Assembly (NCBI GenBank): GCA_003194425.1
Contig: PQXB01000001.1
Location: forward strand, 130,444-162,443
From: Candidatus Methanophagaceae archaeon
GTDB lineage: Archaea > Halobacteriota > Syntropharchaeia > Alkanophagales > Methanospirareceae
Length of the DNA: 32,000 nucleotides
Reading direction: 5' to 3'
Shown: positions 1 through 7,517 of the stretch, one piece after another
How positions within the stretch are numbered: the first letter of the stretch is position 1
How the letters are laid out: each line of letters starts with the position of its first letter
Position numbers and translations under genes: made by a program
The notes under the pieces: model-generated
What the model was told of the DNA's origin: nothing
Database searches by the model: none
The model's input: the letters and a program-made list of their open reading frames with translations, nothing else

Positions 1-1
1 G

Positions 2-721
2 AAGGTTGCAGTGCTGGACAAAACGAAATGCGTAGAGTGCGGACTCTGCGAGGAAGCCTGCAGGTTCAACGCCGTCTACAGCAGCGAGGAGCAAGGCTAC
101 GCGGTCAACCCTGCACGCTGCGAGGGCTGCGGGGCGTGCGTCTTTGTCTGCGCAGCGTACGGGCAGAAGGCACTCGCACTGAAAGAGCGTGTCTCTGGCT
201 ACGCGTTCGTGTCAAAGACGAGCTACGGCACGATGGCGCATGCGCAGCTAAAAGCCGCGGAAGAGACCTCTGGAAAACTGGTTACAGTTGTCAGAACGAA
301 CGCACGGCAGGCTGCGGAAGCGGAGGGTTGCGAGCTCGTTCTGATTGACGGCTCGCCGGGTATTGGCTGCCCTGTGATCGCGTCCCTGACTGGCGTGGAC
401 CTCGCACTTGTCGTTACCGAGCCAACGATGTCAGGGCTGCACGACCTTGAGCGAATCTTGGATGTAACTCGGCATTTCGGGATTGCCTCCGCGGTCTGCA
501 TCAACAAATACGACATTAACGAGGAGAACAGCCGTAGGATTTCAGAGTTTTGTCAGGAGCGCGGAATTCCGGTGGCTGGAAAAATTCCCTACGACCCCTT
601 TGTTACCGCAGCGATGGTCGCGGGCTTGCCTGTCGTTGCGTTCTCGGCTGGAGAGGGAGCGGGGCAGGGAGCGGTCGTGAATGCGATAAAAAATGTGTGG
701 CAGGCTGTAAATTCATGTTAA
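2..721 (+). CDS. MinD/CooC-superfamily P-loop ATPase with inserted 2x[4Fe-4S] ferredoxin domain (5' truncated by window edge)
   Basis: The frame is open to the window edge. Two ferredoxin motifs (CVECGLCEEAC, CEGCGACVFVC) are followed by a MinD/CooC-like core (LIDGSPGIGCPVIAS, VVTEPTMSGLHDLERI, INKYD). The architecture matches COG1149-type ATPases. The Walker A motif would lie upstream of the window. Confidence 0.8.
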   Translation, partial: KVAVLDKTKCVECGLCEEACRFNAVYSSEEQGYAVNPARCEGCGACVFVCAAYGQKALALKERVSGYAFVSKTSYGTMAHAQLKAAEETSGKLVTVVRTNARQAAEAEGCELVLIDGSPGIGCPVIASLTGVDLALVVTEPTMSGLHDLERILDVTRHFGIASAVCINKYDINEENSRRISEFCQERGIPVAGKIPYDPFVTAAMVAGLPVVAFSAGEGAGQGAVVNAIKNVWQAVNSC

Positions 722-741
722 CTACCCTACTCAAAACTACC

Positions 742-1230
742 CTACTCAACACCGTACCCCAACTGCACGCACAACTCTCGGCGCTCCTTCTTCTCCTCCT
801 CGCTCTCTACCCTCGTCGCCGAGGTGCCGTCGACAACGCCAAGCACCGCCCTTCCAAGCCCGGTCTCGGCAACAACAACTTCTAACGGGTTCGCCGACGC
901 GACGAAAATATTCGCAACCGCGGGGTGCGACTTCAACGCCCCCAGCACATTTATCGGAAACGCGTTCTCCATCAAAATAAAAAAGCAGTGAGAAGCCCCG
1001 ATTTTGAGGCAGTTCTCACTCGCTAACTCTTTCAGTCCTTCGTCGTTCCCTGTAACCCTCGTCAACCGCGGCACCGCCTCGTTCATCGCAACCGCGCACT
1101 TTAGACCCGGCACCGCGGTTAAGAGCGTCCTGAAGAGGTCGTCGCAGGCGAAGACCGTGAAGTTCCCCTGCCCAATTATCACCTGTTTCTCTTCTGGGTT
1201 CTTCACCGCCACCTGCTCGATCTTCATCAT
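742..1230 (-). CDS. Adenosine-specific kinase family protein (COG1839-like)
   Basis: 162-aa ORF with motifs I recognise from the archaeal adenosine-specific-kinase family: IIGQGNF, MENAFPINVLGALKSHP, ANPLEVVVAETGLGRAVLGVVDG. It is preceded by a purine-rich leader. Confidence 0.7.
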   Translation of the reverse strand: MMKIEQVAVKNPEEKQVIIGQGNFTVFACDDLFRTLLTAVPGLKCAVAMNEAVPRLTRVTGNDEGLKELASENCLKIGASHCFFILMENAFPINVLGALKSHPAVANIFVASANPLEVVVAETGLGRAVLGVVDGTSATRVESEEEKKERRELCVQLGYGVE

Positions 1231-1294
1231 TTCTCTACCTGTTTTTTCTCTACTTGTTTGTTCTCTTCGCCTCGTTCTCTTTTCCGCCCCTTTT

Positions 1295-1489
1295 TTATTC
1301 CACCTCCATCATACTTATCGCACCTTTCTCGCAGGTGTCTACACAGGTCTCACAGTCCGTACACTCCTCTGCGTTAACCACTGCGTGCTTCTCGTCGCCT
1401 TCGCCCTCTAACGAAATGCACTCCACTGGACACTCCTCTACACAGCTTCCACAGCCGTCGCACTTCTCCAAATCCACTACTGCTGGCAT
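1295..1489 (-). CDS. Small 2x[4Fe-4S] ferredoxin (64 aa)
   Basis: This is the internal ATG of the 225-aa ORF; cat at 1487-1489 on the plus strand. Two cluster motifs are present: CDGCGSCVEECP and CTDCETCVDTCE. GGAG lies about 14 nt upstream. The longer ORF extension overlaps elp3 in another frame and looks non-coding. Confidence 0.8.
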   Translation of the reverse strand: MPAVVDLEKCDGCGSCVEECPVECISLEGEGDEKHAVVNAEECTDCETCVDTCEKGAISMMEVE

Positions 1490-1542
1490 TTTTTCTTCAC
1501 TCTCCTTTGTTTGCTTTTTTATTTCTGTCTGTTGTTTTCGTG

Positions 1543-3186
1543 CTATATAAAAGTTGTTATTTTTTCCTGCGAAATATTTTTCACCACAAACGGTCCCTCC
1601 CGCCTGTAGCCGAACCTTGCGTAGTAGTCTCGCACCCCGATCCCGCTCATCACCGCAACTTTCTTGAACCCCGAGTCCTGCGCCAACTCCTCCGCTCTTC
1701 GCAGCAACCGTGCTCCGTAGCCGCGGTGCTGCCAGCTGCCTGCTTTCCGCTCGCCCAGACCCGTCAGTTCCCCGAAGACGTGCAAGTCCCGAACGAGAGC
1801 GGCGTCCCTCAACTCCGCCCGCCGGTGCGGTTTGGACTTGCACTCGAACTCGCTCTCGGACTTGCACGGAAACCGCTTCTCGCACTCGCGGGGAAACCGC
1901 AGCCGCAGGAGAGCCACCAAAATCTCCTTCTCCTCGTCCTCGTAAGACAGGAAATATTCCGTGCCCCCGCAAGCCTCGTAACTCTCGGACAGAAATTTCA
2001 CGCTCCCTTCGTCCGCGATTTTACCGTCGAGCAGCTGAGAAAGCCCCGCTTCCCTGCACCGCACGCACCTGCACTTGTAGCCCTCCTCGTGCAGCCGTTC
2101 CTGGACCAGCTGCCTCAGGTTGCTCTTCTTCACACCCGCCTCGATGAACTGCGCCGGAATGTCGCGTTGAATTCGTTGAATCCGCACCCACTTCGGAATT
2201 ATTCGCTTTGCGTGCGAAATTATTTCGACCGCCTGCTCCTCGCGAATCGGCTCGTACTCGCCCCGCTTCCACCGTTCGTGCAACTCCGTCCCTCTCACCA
2301 CCAGCGTCGGATAAATTTTTAAGTAGTCGGGCTTGAACTCCGGCTCGCGGAAAATCCGCTCAAACATTTTCTTATCCTCCTCGACCGAGGAGCCTGGCAA
2401 CCCCGGCATCAAGTGAAAGCCCACTTTCAGTCCGCTCTCCCGCGCCGTTCGGTTCGCTGCGACCGAGTCTCCAACCGAGTGCCCCCGCCCAATATTTTCC
2501 AAAATCTCGTCGCTGGTGTGCTGCACACCAAGTTCAACTTTTGTGGCGCCCATTTCAAGCATTCGGTCAATTTCGCCCGCCGTTGCGTAGTCGGGTCGCG
2601 TCTCAAAAGTAATGCCCGTGTTTCTCACTCCGAACGCCTGCAACGCTTCCAAGCACCTGCTCACGAACCACTGCTGGTAGTCCAGCGGTCTCGCAGTCAG
2701 CGTCCCGCCCATCAAAATCAACTCGACCTTCCCGAAGTCGTGTCCAATCTCCGCGAGTTGCCGCAGCCGTGCCTTCACCTGCTCGTAAGGGTCGAAGCGG
2801 TGTTGAGCAGCGCGAACCGCAGCCGGCTCCCTGCCCACGTAACTCTGCGGCGACCCGAACTCTGAGAACGGACCGCCAGGGCAGACCGCACACTTACCGT
2901 GCGGGCAGGGGTAAGGCGAAGTCATCACCGCGACCGGGGCAACACCCGACGCGGTTCGCATTCGCTTCCTCCTCAGCCGCTCTTTTAGCCGCTCTTTTAG
3001 CCGCTCTTTTAGATTCTGGTTTAATCTCAGCACCTCTGAATTCCGAGGGACGCCACGCAGCCCGTATTTCTTGCTGACCTCTTTTTTTAGCTTGTTTAGG
3101 CTTTCGGGGCTGTTTATTCGTCTCTCCGCAACTGCGTCTGCGATCTCACGGCAGGCGTCCTCGTAGGCGGTCGTGTTTGTTGGCAT
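1543..3186 (-). CDS. elp3: Elp3-type radical-SAM / GNAT acetyltransferase (tRNA U34 carboxymethylation)
   Basis: 547 aa. It has a radical-SAM region (PCPHGKCAVCPGG, ELILMGGT) and a C-terminal GNAT region (VRDLHVFG, WQHRGYGARLL). It contains an in-frame (KERL)x3 repeat. Confidence 0.9.
   Translation of the reverse strand: MPTNTTAYEDACREIADAVAERRINSPESLNKLKKEVSKKYGLRGVPRNSEVLRLNQNLKERLKERLKERLRRKRMRTASGVAPVAVMTSPYPCPHGKCAVCPGGPFSEFGSPQSYVGREPAAVRAAQHRFDPYEQVKARLRQLAEIGHDFGKVELILMGGTLTARPLDYQQWFVSRCLEALQAFGVRNTGITFETRPDYATAGEIDRMLEMGATKVELGVQHTSDEILENIGRGHSVGDSVAANRTARESGLKVGFHLMPGLPGSSVEEDKKMFERIFREPEFKPDYLKIYPTLVVRGTELHERWKRGEYEPIREEQAVEIISHAKRIIPKWVRIQRIQRDIPAQFIEAGVKKSNLRQLVQERLHEEGYKCRCVRCREAGLSQLLDGKIADEGSVKFLSESYEACGGTEYFLSYEDEEKEILVALLRLRFPRECEKRFPCKSESEFECKSKPHRRAELRDAALVRDLHVFGELTGLGERKAGSWQHRGYGARLLRRAEELAQDSGFKKVAVMSGIGVRDYYARFGYRREGPFVVKNISQEKITTFI
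2977..3012 (-). repeat. 12-nt tandem repeat x3 inside elp3, encoding (KERL)x3
   Basis: ccgctcttttag occurs three times in perfect tandem on the plus strand. Confidence 0.95.
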
Positions 3187-3342
3187 TAGTAAAATATTTC
3201 ACCTCTTTTTATCTTGCTTTTACGAGCCCGCAGGCGTGGAGTTCTGTGTTCTGCGGCTGAAAAAGTCCAGGGGATGATAAGAGGAGCGTGACAAGGTTTT
3301 GTTAGCCCTTTTCCATTTCACCTTTTTCACCCATTTTTTCAT

Positions 3343-4227
3343 CTACTCTTTTTTCACCACATCTAACGAGAAGCCCAGACTTCGTGCCGAATGCGTAATC
3401 GCGCCGATTGAGACGACGTCAACGCCAGTAGCAGCGAACTCCTTCACATTCTCCTGTTTTATCCTGCCCGACGCCTCCAAAATCAAGCCGCCGCTGCCAC
3501 CGCTGCCGCTGTCCCGAAGACTTCGCTCGGTCAGCAGCCGCACGCACTCTCTCACCTCCGCCACGGGCATATTGTCGAGCATAATTATGTCAACGCCCAA
3601 CTCCGCGGCTTTGAGTGCGTCCTCAACGCTCTCGACCTCGACCTCAATCTTTCGCGTAAAACTCACCCGCTCTTTCGCCCGCCTGACCGCGTTCTCAAGC
3701 CCCATCAATTTTATGCAGTTGTCTTTAATTATCACCGCCTCGTACAGCCCGAACCTGTGCGGGTCGCCGCCGCCGATGGAAATCGCCTTCTTCTCGTATT
3801 TCCTGAACCCCGGCGTCGTCTTCCTCGTCCCCGCCACCCGTACTTCCTCCTGCTTCCCCCCCTTCTCCTGCTTTCCCCGCTCACTCACTTTTCTCACCTC
3901 TTTTACAAACCTGCTCGTCAAGGTCGCTACGCCGCTCATTCTGCCCAGGAAATTAAGCACGAGCCGTTCCGCCTTCAAAACCCTCGCTCCCGCACCTCGC
4001 ACCGTCAAAATAACATCTCCGCTCTTTACCTCGTCCCCGTCCTCAAACTCGGAGGAGCACTGAACCGAGAAGTAGTCAAATATCTGTTTCGCCTCCTCCA
4101 GACCCGCGAGGACGCCCTCCTCTCTCGCCGTTATTTCCGCTCTGCAGTCCGTGTACGGCACGATCTCCTCGTAGTCCTCGTGCCCAACATCCTCTTCCAG
4201 AAAACTTTCTATCTCCTTTAACAGCAT
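3343..4227 (-). CDS. nadC: Nicotinate-nucleotide pyrophosphorylase (quinolinate phosphoribosyltransferase)
   Basis: 294 aa. Motifs: GTRKTTPGFRKYEKKAISIGGGDPHRFGL, IIKDNCI, IMLDNM, EASGRI. Low-complexity inserts: ERGKQEKGGKQEE and SGSGGSGG. Confidence 0.9.
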   Translation of the reverse strand: MLLKEIESFLEEDVGHEDYEEIVPYTDCRAEITAREEGVLAGLEEAKQIFDYFSVQCSSEFEDGDEVKSGDVILTVRGAGARVLKAERLVLNFLGRMSGVATLTSRFVKEVRKVSERGKQEKGGKQEEVRVAGTRKTTPGFRKYEKKAISIGGGDPHRFGLYEAVIIKDNCIKLMGLENAVRRAKERVSFTRKIEVEVESVEDALKAAELGVDIIMLDNMPVAEVRECVRLLTERSLRDSGSGGSGGLILEASGRIKQENVKEFAATGVDVVSIGAITHSARSLGFSLDVVKKE

Positions 4228-4284
4228 TTGCGTTAAACCCTTTCTTAAAAAAGAGCTTTAGCAAAAGAAAGGTGTGAAGGGAGA

Positions 4285-5736
4285 ATGAAAATAAGCAGCC
4301 CGATGGAAGTCTGGAAATATCTTCCGGGAACGAATTGCAAGGAGTGTGGGGAGAAGACCTGTCTGGCGTTTGCGTCGCTGCTGTTAGAGCGGAAGAAGAA
4401 GTTGGAGGACTGTCCGCCGTTGTTTGACCCGCTTGCGAAATCTAAATACGGGGAGAAGGGGCGGAAGTTGGCGGAGTTGCTGGCGCCGGAGGTGCGGGAG
4501 GTCGAGATTGGAGTGGGCGAGAGAGCGGTGAAAATTGGCGGCGAGGATGTCTTGCACAGGCACGAGAGGACTTTCTTTAACCGAACGGCGCTGGCTTACG
4601 ATGTTTGGGACACGATGCCAGAGGCGGAGTTGCGGGCGCGGGTGAGGCGAATTTCGGAGTGGCAGAAGTTTTATGTCGGCGAGTTTTTGCGGTTGGACGC
4701 GGTTGCGGTTCGCTCGGTCTCGGACGACGCGGAGAGGTTCGCGGAGTGCGTGAGGCAGGTGTCGGAAGAGACGGACTTACCACTCGTGCTCTGCTCGTTC
4801 GACGCGAGGGTAGTGGAGGCGGGTTTGAAGTTGGCGGGTGTGGCGGAGCGGCGACCGCTGATTTACGCTGCGACCGAGAGGAATTGGAGAGAGTTTCTGG
4901 GGCTTGCGAAGCAGTTTGAAGTTCCTGTAACGCTCTTCTCTGAAAACCTCGACACGCTAAACCGTCTTGCTCTGACCTTCTCTTTGGCGGGCGTAAAAGA
5001 TCTTGTCTTGGACCCGGGGACGCAGCCGGTGGGGGCGGGGCTTGAGGAGAGTTTTTCAAAGTTCGTGCGGCTGAGGCGTGCGGGAATTGAGGGGGAGGAG
5101 AAGGGGAAGGAGGTTGCGTTTCCTTTGATGGCGGTTCCGATGACTACGTGGGTAGGGCTGGCTCGAGAGGCTCGTGAAAATGAAGGGAATTCAGAGACTT
5201 TAGAGGCATCTTACTGGGAAGCAATTCTCGCAGACTTGTTCATCCTAAAATACGCGGACATAATGATTCTACACTCGACGGAGCCGCACTCGTTGATTCC
5301 TGTTCGGACGCTCGTTGCGAATATTTACACTGACCCGCGGCGGCCGGTGAGCGTGAATCCGGGGTTGAAGGCGGTTGGAAATCCGAGCGAGAGCTCGCCG
5401 CTCTTTGTCACGACCAACTTCGCCTTGACTTACTACACGGTAGAGAGCGACATTTCGTCTAACAAGATTGACTCGTTCTTGGTCGTGGCGGACACGGACG
5501 GGTTGGGCGTGGAAGCCGCGGTTGCGGGGGGGCAGCTCAACGCAGAGGTGATGAAAGAGACTTTGGAGTCGTTTGCGGTGGCGGAGAAGGTAAAGCACAA
5601 GACAGTGGTACTGCCGGGGCTTGCAGCACGGATTTCGGGCGAGACCGAGGACGCTACGGGGTGGAAGGTGGTTGTGGGTCCGCGGGACAGTGGTCAGATT
5701 CCGGGCTGGCTGGAGAAGAATTGGCCGCCGGAATAG
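4285..5736 (+). CDS. cdhE: Acetyl-CoA decarbonylase/synthase complex gamma subunit (corrinoid Fe-S protein large subunit)
   Basis: 483 aa. The N-terminal [4Fe-4S] motif LPGTNCKECGEKTCLAFA is typical of CdhE/AcsC, followed by a TIM-barrel-like body. GGGAG lies upstream of the ATG. Confidence 0.9.
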   Translation: MKISSPMEVWKYLPGTNCKECGEKTCLAFASLLLERKKKLEDCPPLFDPLAKSKYGEKGRKLAELLAPEVREVEIGVGERAVKIGGEDVLHRHERTFFNRTALAYDVWDTMPEAELRARVRRISEWQKFYVGEFLRLDAVAVRSVSDDAERFAECVRQVSEETDLPLVLCSFDARVVEAGLKLAGVAERRPLIYAATERNWREFLGLAKQFEVPVTLFSENLDTLNRLALTFSLAGVKDLVLDPGTQPVGAGLEESFSKFVRLRRAGIEGEEKGKEVAFPLMAVPMTTWVGLAREARENEGNSETLEASYWEAILADLFILKYADIMILHSTEPHSLIPVRTLVANIYTDPRRPVSVNPGLKAVGNPSESSPLFVTTNFALTYYTVESDISSNKIDSFLVVADTDGLGVEAAVAGGQLNAEVMKETLESFAVAEKVKHKTVVLPGLAARISGETEDATGWKVVVGPRDSGQIPGWLEKNWPPE

Positions 5737-5768
5737 GCTGGCAAAATAACCTAGCTTAGAAAATCTGG

Positions 5769-6239
5769 ATGAAAGTGGGGGTAGGTGGGACTTTTGACCC
5801 GCTGCACGACGGGCATAAAAAACTTTTGAAAAAGGTGTTTGAGTTGAGTGAAGGCGGAAAAATCGTCGTAGGCGTGACTTCAGACCGCTTTGCACGAGCC
5901 ACTAAAAAGGTTCTCCTCCGTCCGTACGCCGCAAGAGCAGCGAGGGTCAGGCGGTTTTTGCGCGAGGAATGCGGGGTAGGGGGGGAAGGGGTAAAAGTGG
6001 AGACGGTGGAGTTGAACGACAGGTTTGGGGTTGCGTTGGACGAGGATTTTGAGTGCCTCGTGATTTCGCCGGAGACTTACGAGGTCGCGTTGGAGATAAA
6101 CAGGCTTCGAAAAGAGCGTGGCAGGAAGCCGATAAAAATAGTTAAGGTAGAGCACCTAAAGGCAGCCGACGGAAAACCAATCTCTTCTACGAGGATAAAA
6201 AAAGGCGAAATAAACGAGCACGGGGCTTTGTTGCAGTAA
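5769..6239 (+). CDS. coaD: Archaeal phosphopantetheine adenylyltransferase (cytidylyltransferase fold)
   Basis: 156 aa. GGTFDPLHDGHKKLL (HxGH nucleotidyltransferase motif), VGVTSD and ISSTRIKKGEI match the archaeal PPAT family. Confidence 0.85.
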   Translation: MKVGVGGTFDPLHDGHKKLLKKVFELSEGGKIVVGVTSDRFARATKKVLLRPYAARAARVRRFLREECGVGGEGVKVETVELNDRFGVALDEDFECLVISPETYEVALEINRLRKERGRKPIKIVKVEHLKAADGKPISSTRIKKGEINEHGALLQ

Positions 6240-6252
6240 TGTTGCATAAAAG

Positions 6253-7458
6253 TCAGAGTGAGAGTCGCTTCTCAAACCTCGTCAGGTTCTCGCACCCGCC
6301 CTTCAAGACCAGCACCAAATCCTCCAGCCGAACGCCGCCCACTTCGGGGTCGTACAACCCCGGCTCAATTGTAACCACATTCCCACTTCGCAGCAGGTAG
6401 TCGTTCTCGCCAACGCTGGGAGTTTCGTGCAAATCCAACCCCACGCCGTGCCCGGTGGAATGAATAAACCCGGTTTTCGAGCCTTTTCTAACCGTCCCGT
6501 AACCCCTCTCCTCAAAGACCTCGCAGACCCTGTTGTGCACCTCTCGGCAGGTTACACCCTCTTTCACAAGCCCTAAAGCAGCGTCTTGAGCGTGCTTGAC
6601 CGCCTCGTACATTTCTTGCACCTCCTTTGCAGGCTCGCCCTTGACCACGGTTCTTGTCATATCCGCAAAATACCGCTCTGACTTCAGTCTCGGGAAAATG
6701 TCGATGACCACGGGTTCGTTCGCGAGAATCGGACCGCTGCCAGTAAAATGCGGGTCGGCAGCTCTTTTTCCACACGCCACGATCGGCTCTCCGCCGTCGC
6801 AGTTGCACCCGGAATCAATTAAATCGTGCTCAATGCAGGCTTTCACTCTTTCGGAGGTTAGTTTTTCAGAGGTCAGTTTTGAGACGGATTTTATCAGGGC
6901 TACGGCGGTCTGCATTGCGTGCTCGCAGGCTCGCTGTGCCTTCCGAATGCAATTTATTTCGTACTCATTTTTCGTCTCTCGCTCTTTTGTTATTTCTGTC
7001 TCACCGCCTGCTGCCGTTTCGCCCGCCACCACTTCTACTTCCACGCCCCTCTTCCGCAGTTCCTCGGCTGTGTAGAGCGGAAAATACCTCGGCACCTCCA
7101 CCGCGTTCAGTCCCTCCTGTTGAAGAATTCTTAGAAGAAGCTCTTCGGTTTTTAGGTTTGGGTTGTAGCCGTAGTCGAGCGTAGAGCGGACTTCTTTTGC
7201 GGTTGTCTCCTTTCTCGCCCGTTCGTACTCCATTTGCGAGACGACGAGAATGTCTTTTTCTTCGTGGGGAGCGGAGGATGGAGTGGAAGCGGAGGGAAGA
7301 GTGGATGAGGGAGTGGAAGCGGAGGGAAGAGTGGAGGAGGGAGTGGAAGCGGAGGGAAAGCGGAGGTAAATAAAAGGGTCTGCGGCGAGGAAGTGAGAGG
7401 CGTAAAACATATCAGCGTTGTGCGTGCTCTCGCTGACCATTAAAAGAGGTTTTTTCAT
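6253..7458 (-). CDS. M24B family Xaa-Pro peptidase
   Basis: 401 aa. Pita-bread fold metal-ligand context: VVIDIFP, DMTRT, HSTGHGVGLDLHE, VVTIEPG, RLEDLV. It carries an N-proximal STPSSTLPSA repeat insert. Confidence 0.85.
   Translation of the reverse strand: MKKPLLMVSESTHNADMFYASHFLAADPFIYLRFPSASTPSSTLPSASTPSSTLPSASTPSSAPHEEKDILVVSQMEYERARKETTAKEVRSTLDYGYNPNLKTEELLLRILQQEGLNAVEVPRYFPLYTAEELRKRGVEVEVVAGETAAGGETEITKERETKNEYEINCIRKAQRACEHAMQTAVALIKSVSKLTSEKLTSERVKACIEHDLIDSGCNCDGGEPIVACGKRAADPHFTGSGPILANEPVVIDIFPRLKSERYFADMTRTVVKGEPAKEVQEMYEAVKHAQDAALGLVKEGVTCREVHNRVCEVFEERGYGTVRKGSKTGFIHSTGHGVGLDLHETPSVGENDYLLRSGNVVTIEPGLYDPEVGGVRLEDLVLVLKGGCENLTRFEKRLSL
7269..7358 (-). repeat. 30-nt tandem repeat (about 3 copies) inside the M24 peptidase gene
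   Basis: gagtggaagcggagggaagagtggaKgagg occurs at 7281-7310 and 7311-7340, with partial copies on both sides. It encodes PSASTPSSTL repeats. Confidence 0.9.
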
Positions 7459-7464
7459 CGTGCT

Positions 7465-7492
7465 TCCTATTTATTTCTTTTCCTATTTATTT
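7465..7492. promoter_or_regulatory. Duplicated A/T-rich 12-mer (tcctatttattt x2) in a divergent promoter region
   Basis: Copies lie at 7465-7476 and 7481-7492, between the divergent starts at 7458 (minus strand) and 7518 (plus strand). Each copy contains a TATA-like core. Function is not demonstrated. Confidence 0.25.
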
Positions 7493-7517
7493 TTCAGAGA
7501 TAAGAAAATAGTTAAGA

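Noticed and set aside
1490-1972. Upstream extension of the ferredoxin ORF to 225 aa
   Set aside because: The extension overlaps the elp3 3' region in another frame and is R/G/A-rich with no motifs. The internal ATG at 1489 with an upstream GGAG gives a canonical 64-aa ferredoxin.
3187-3342. Possible small RNA (C/D-box-like gatgata, hairpin ccgcag...ctgcgg) in the nadC-elp3 intergenic region
   Set aside because: There is no canonical RUGAUGA / CUGA box pair with appropriate spacing. The hairpin is short with a 17-nt loop. The region is more simply the elp3 promoter or nadC terminator.
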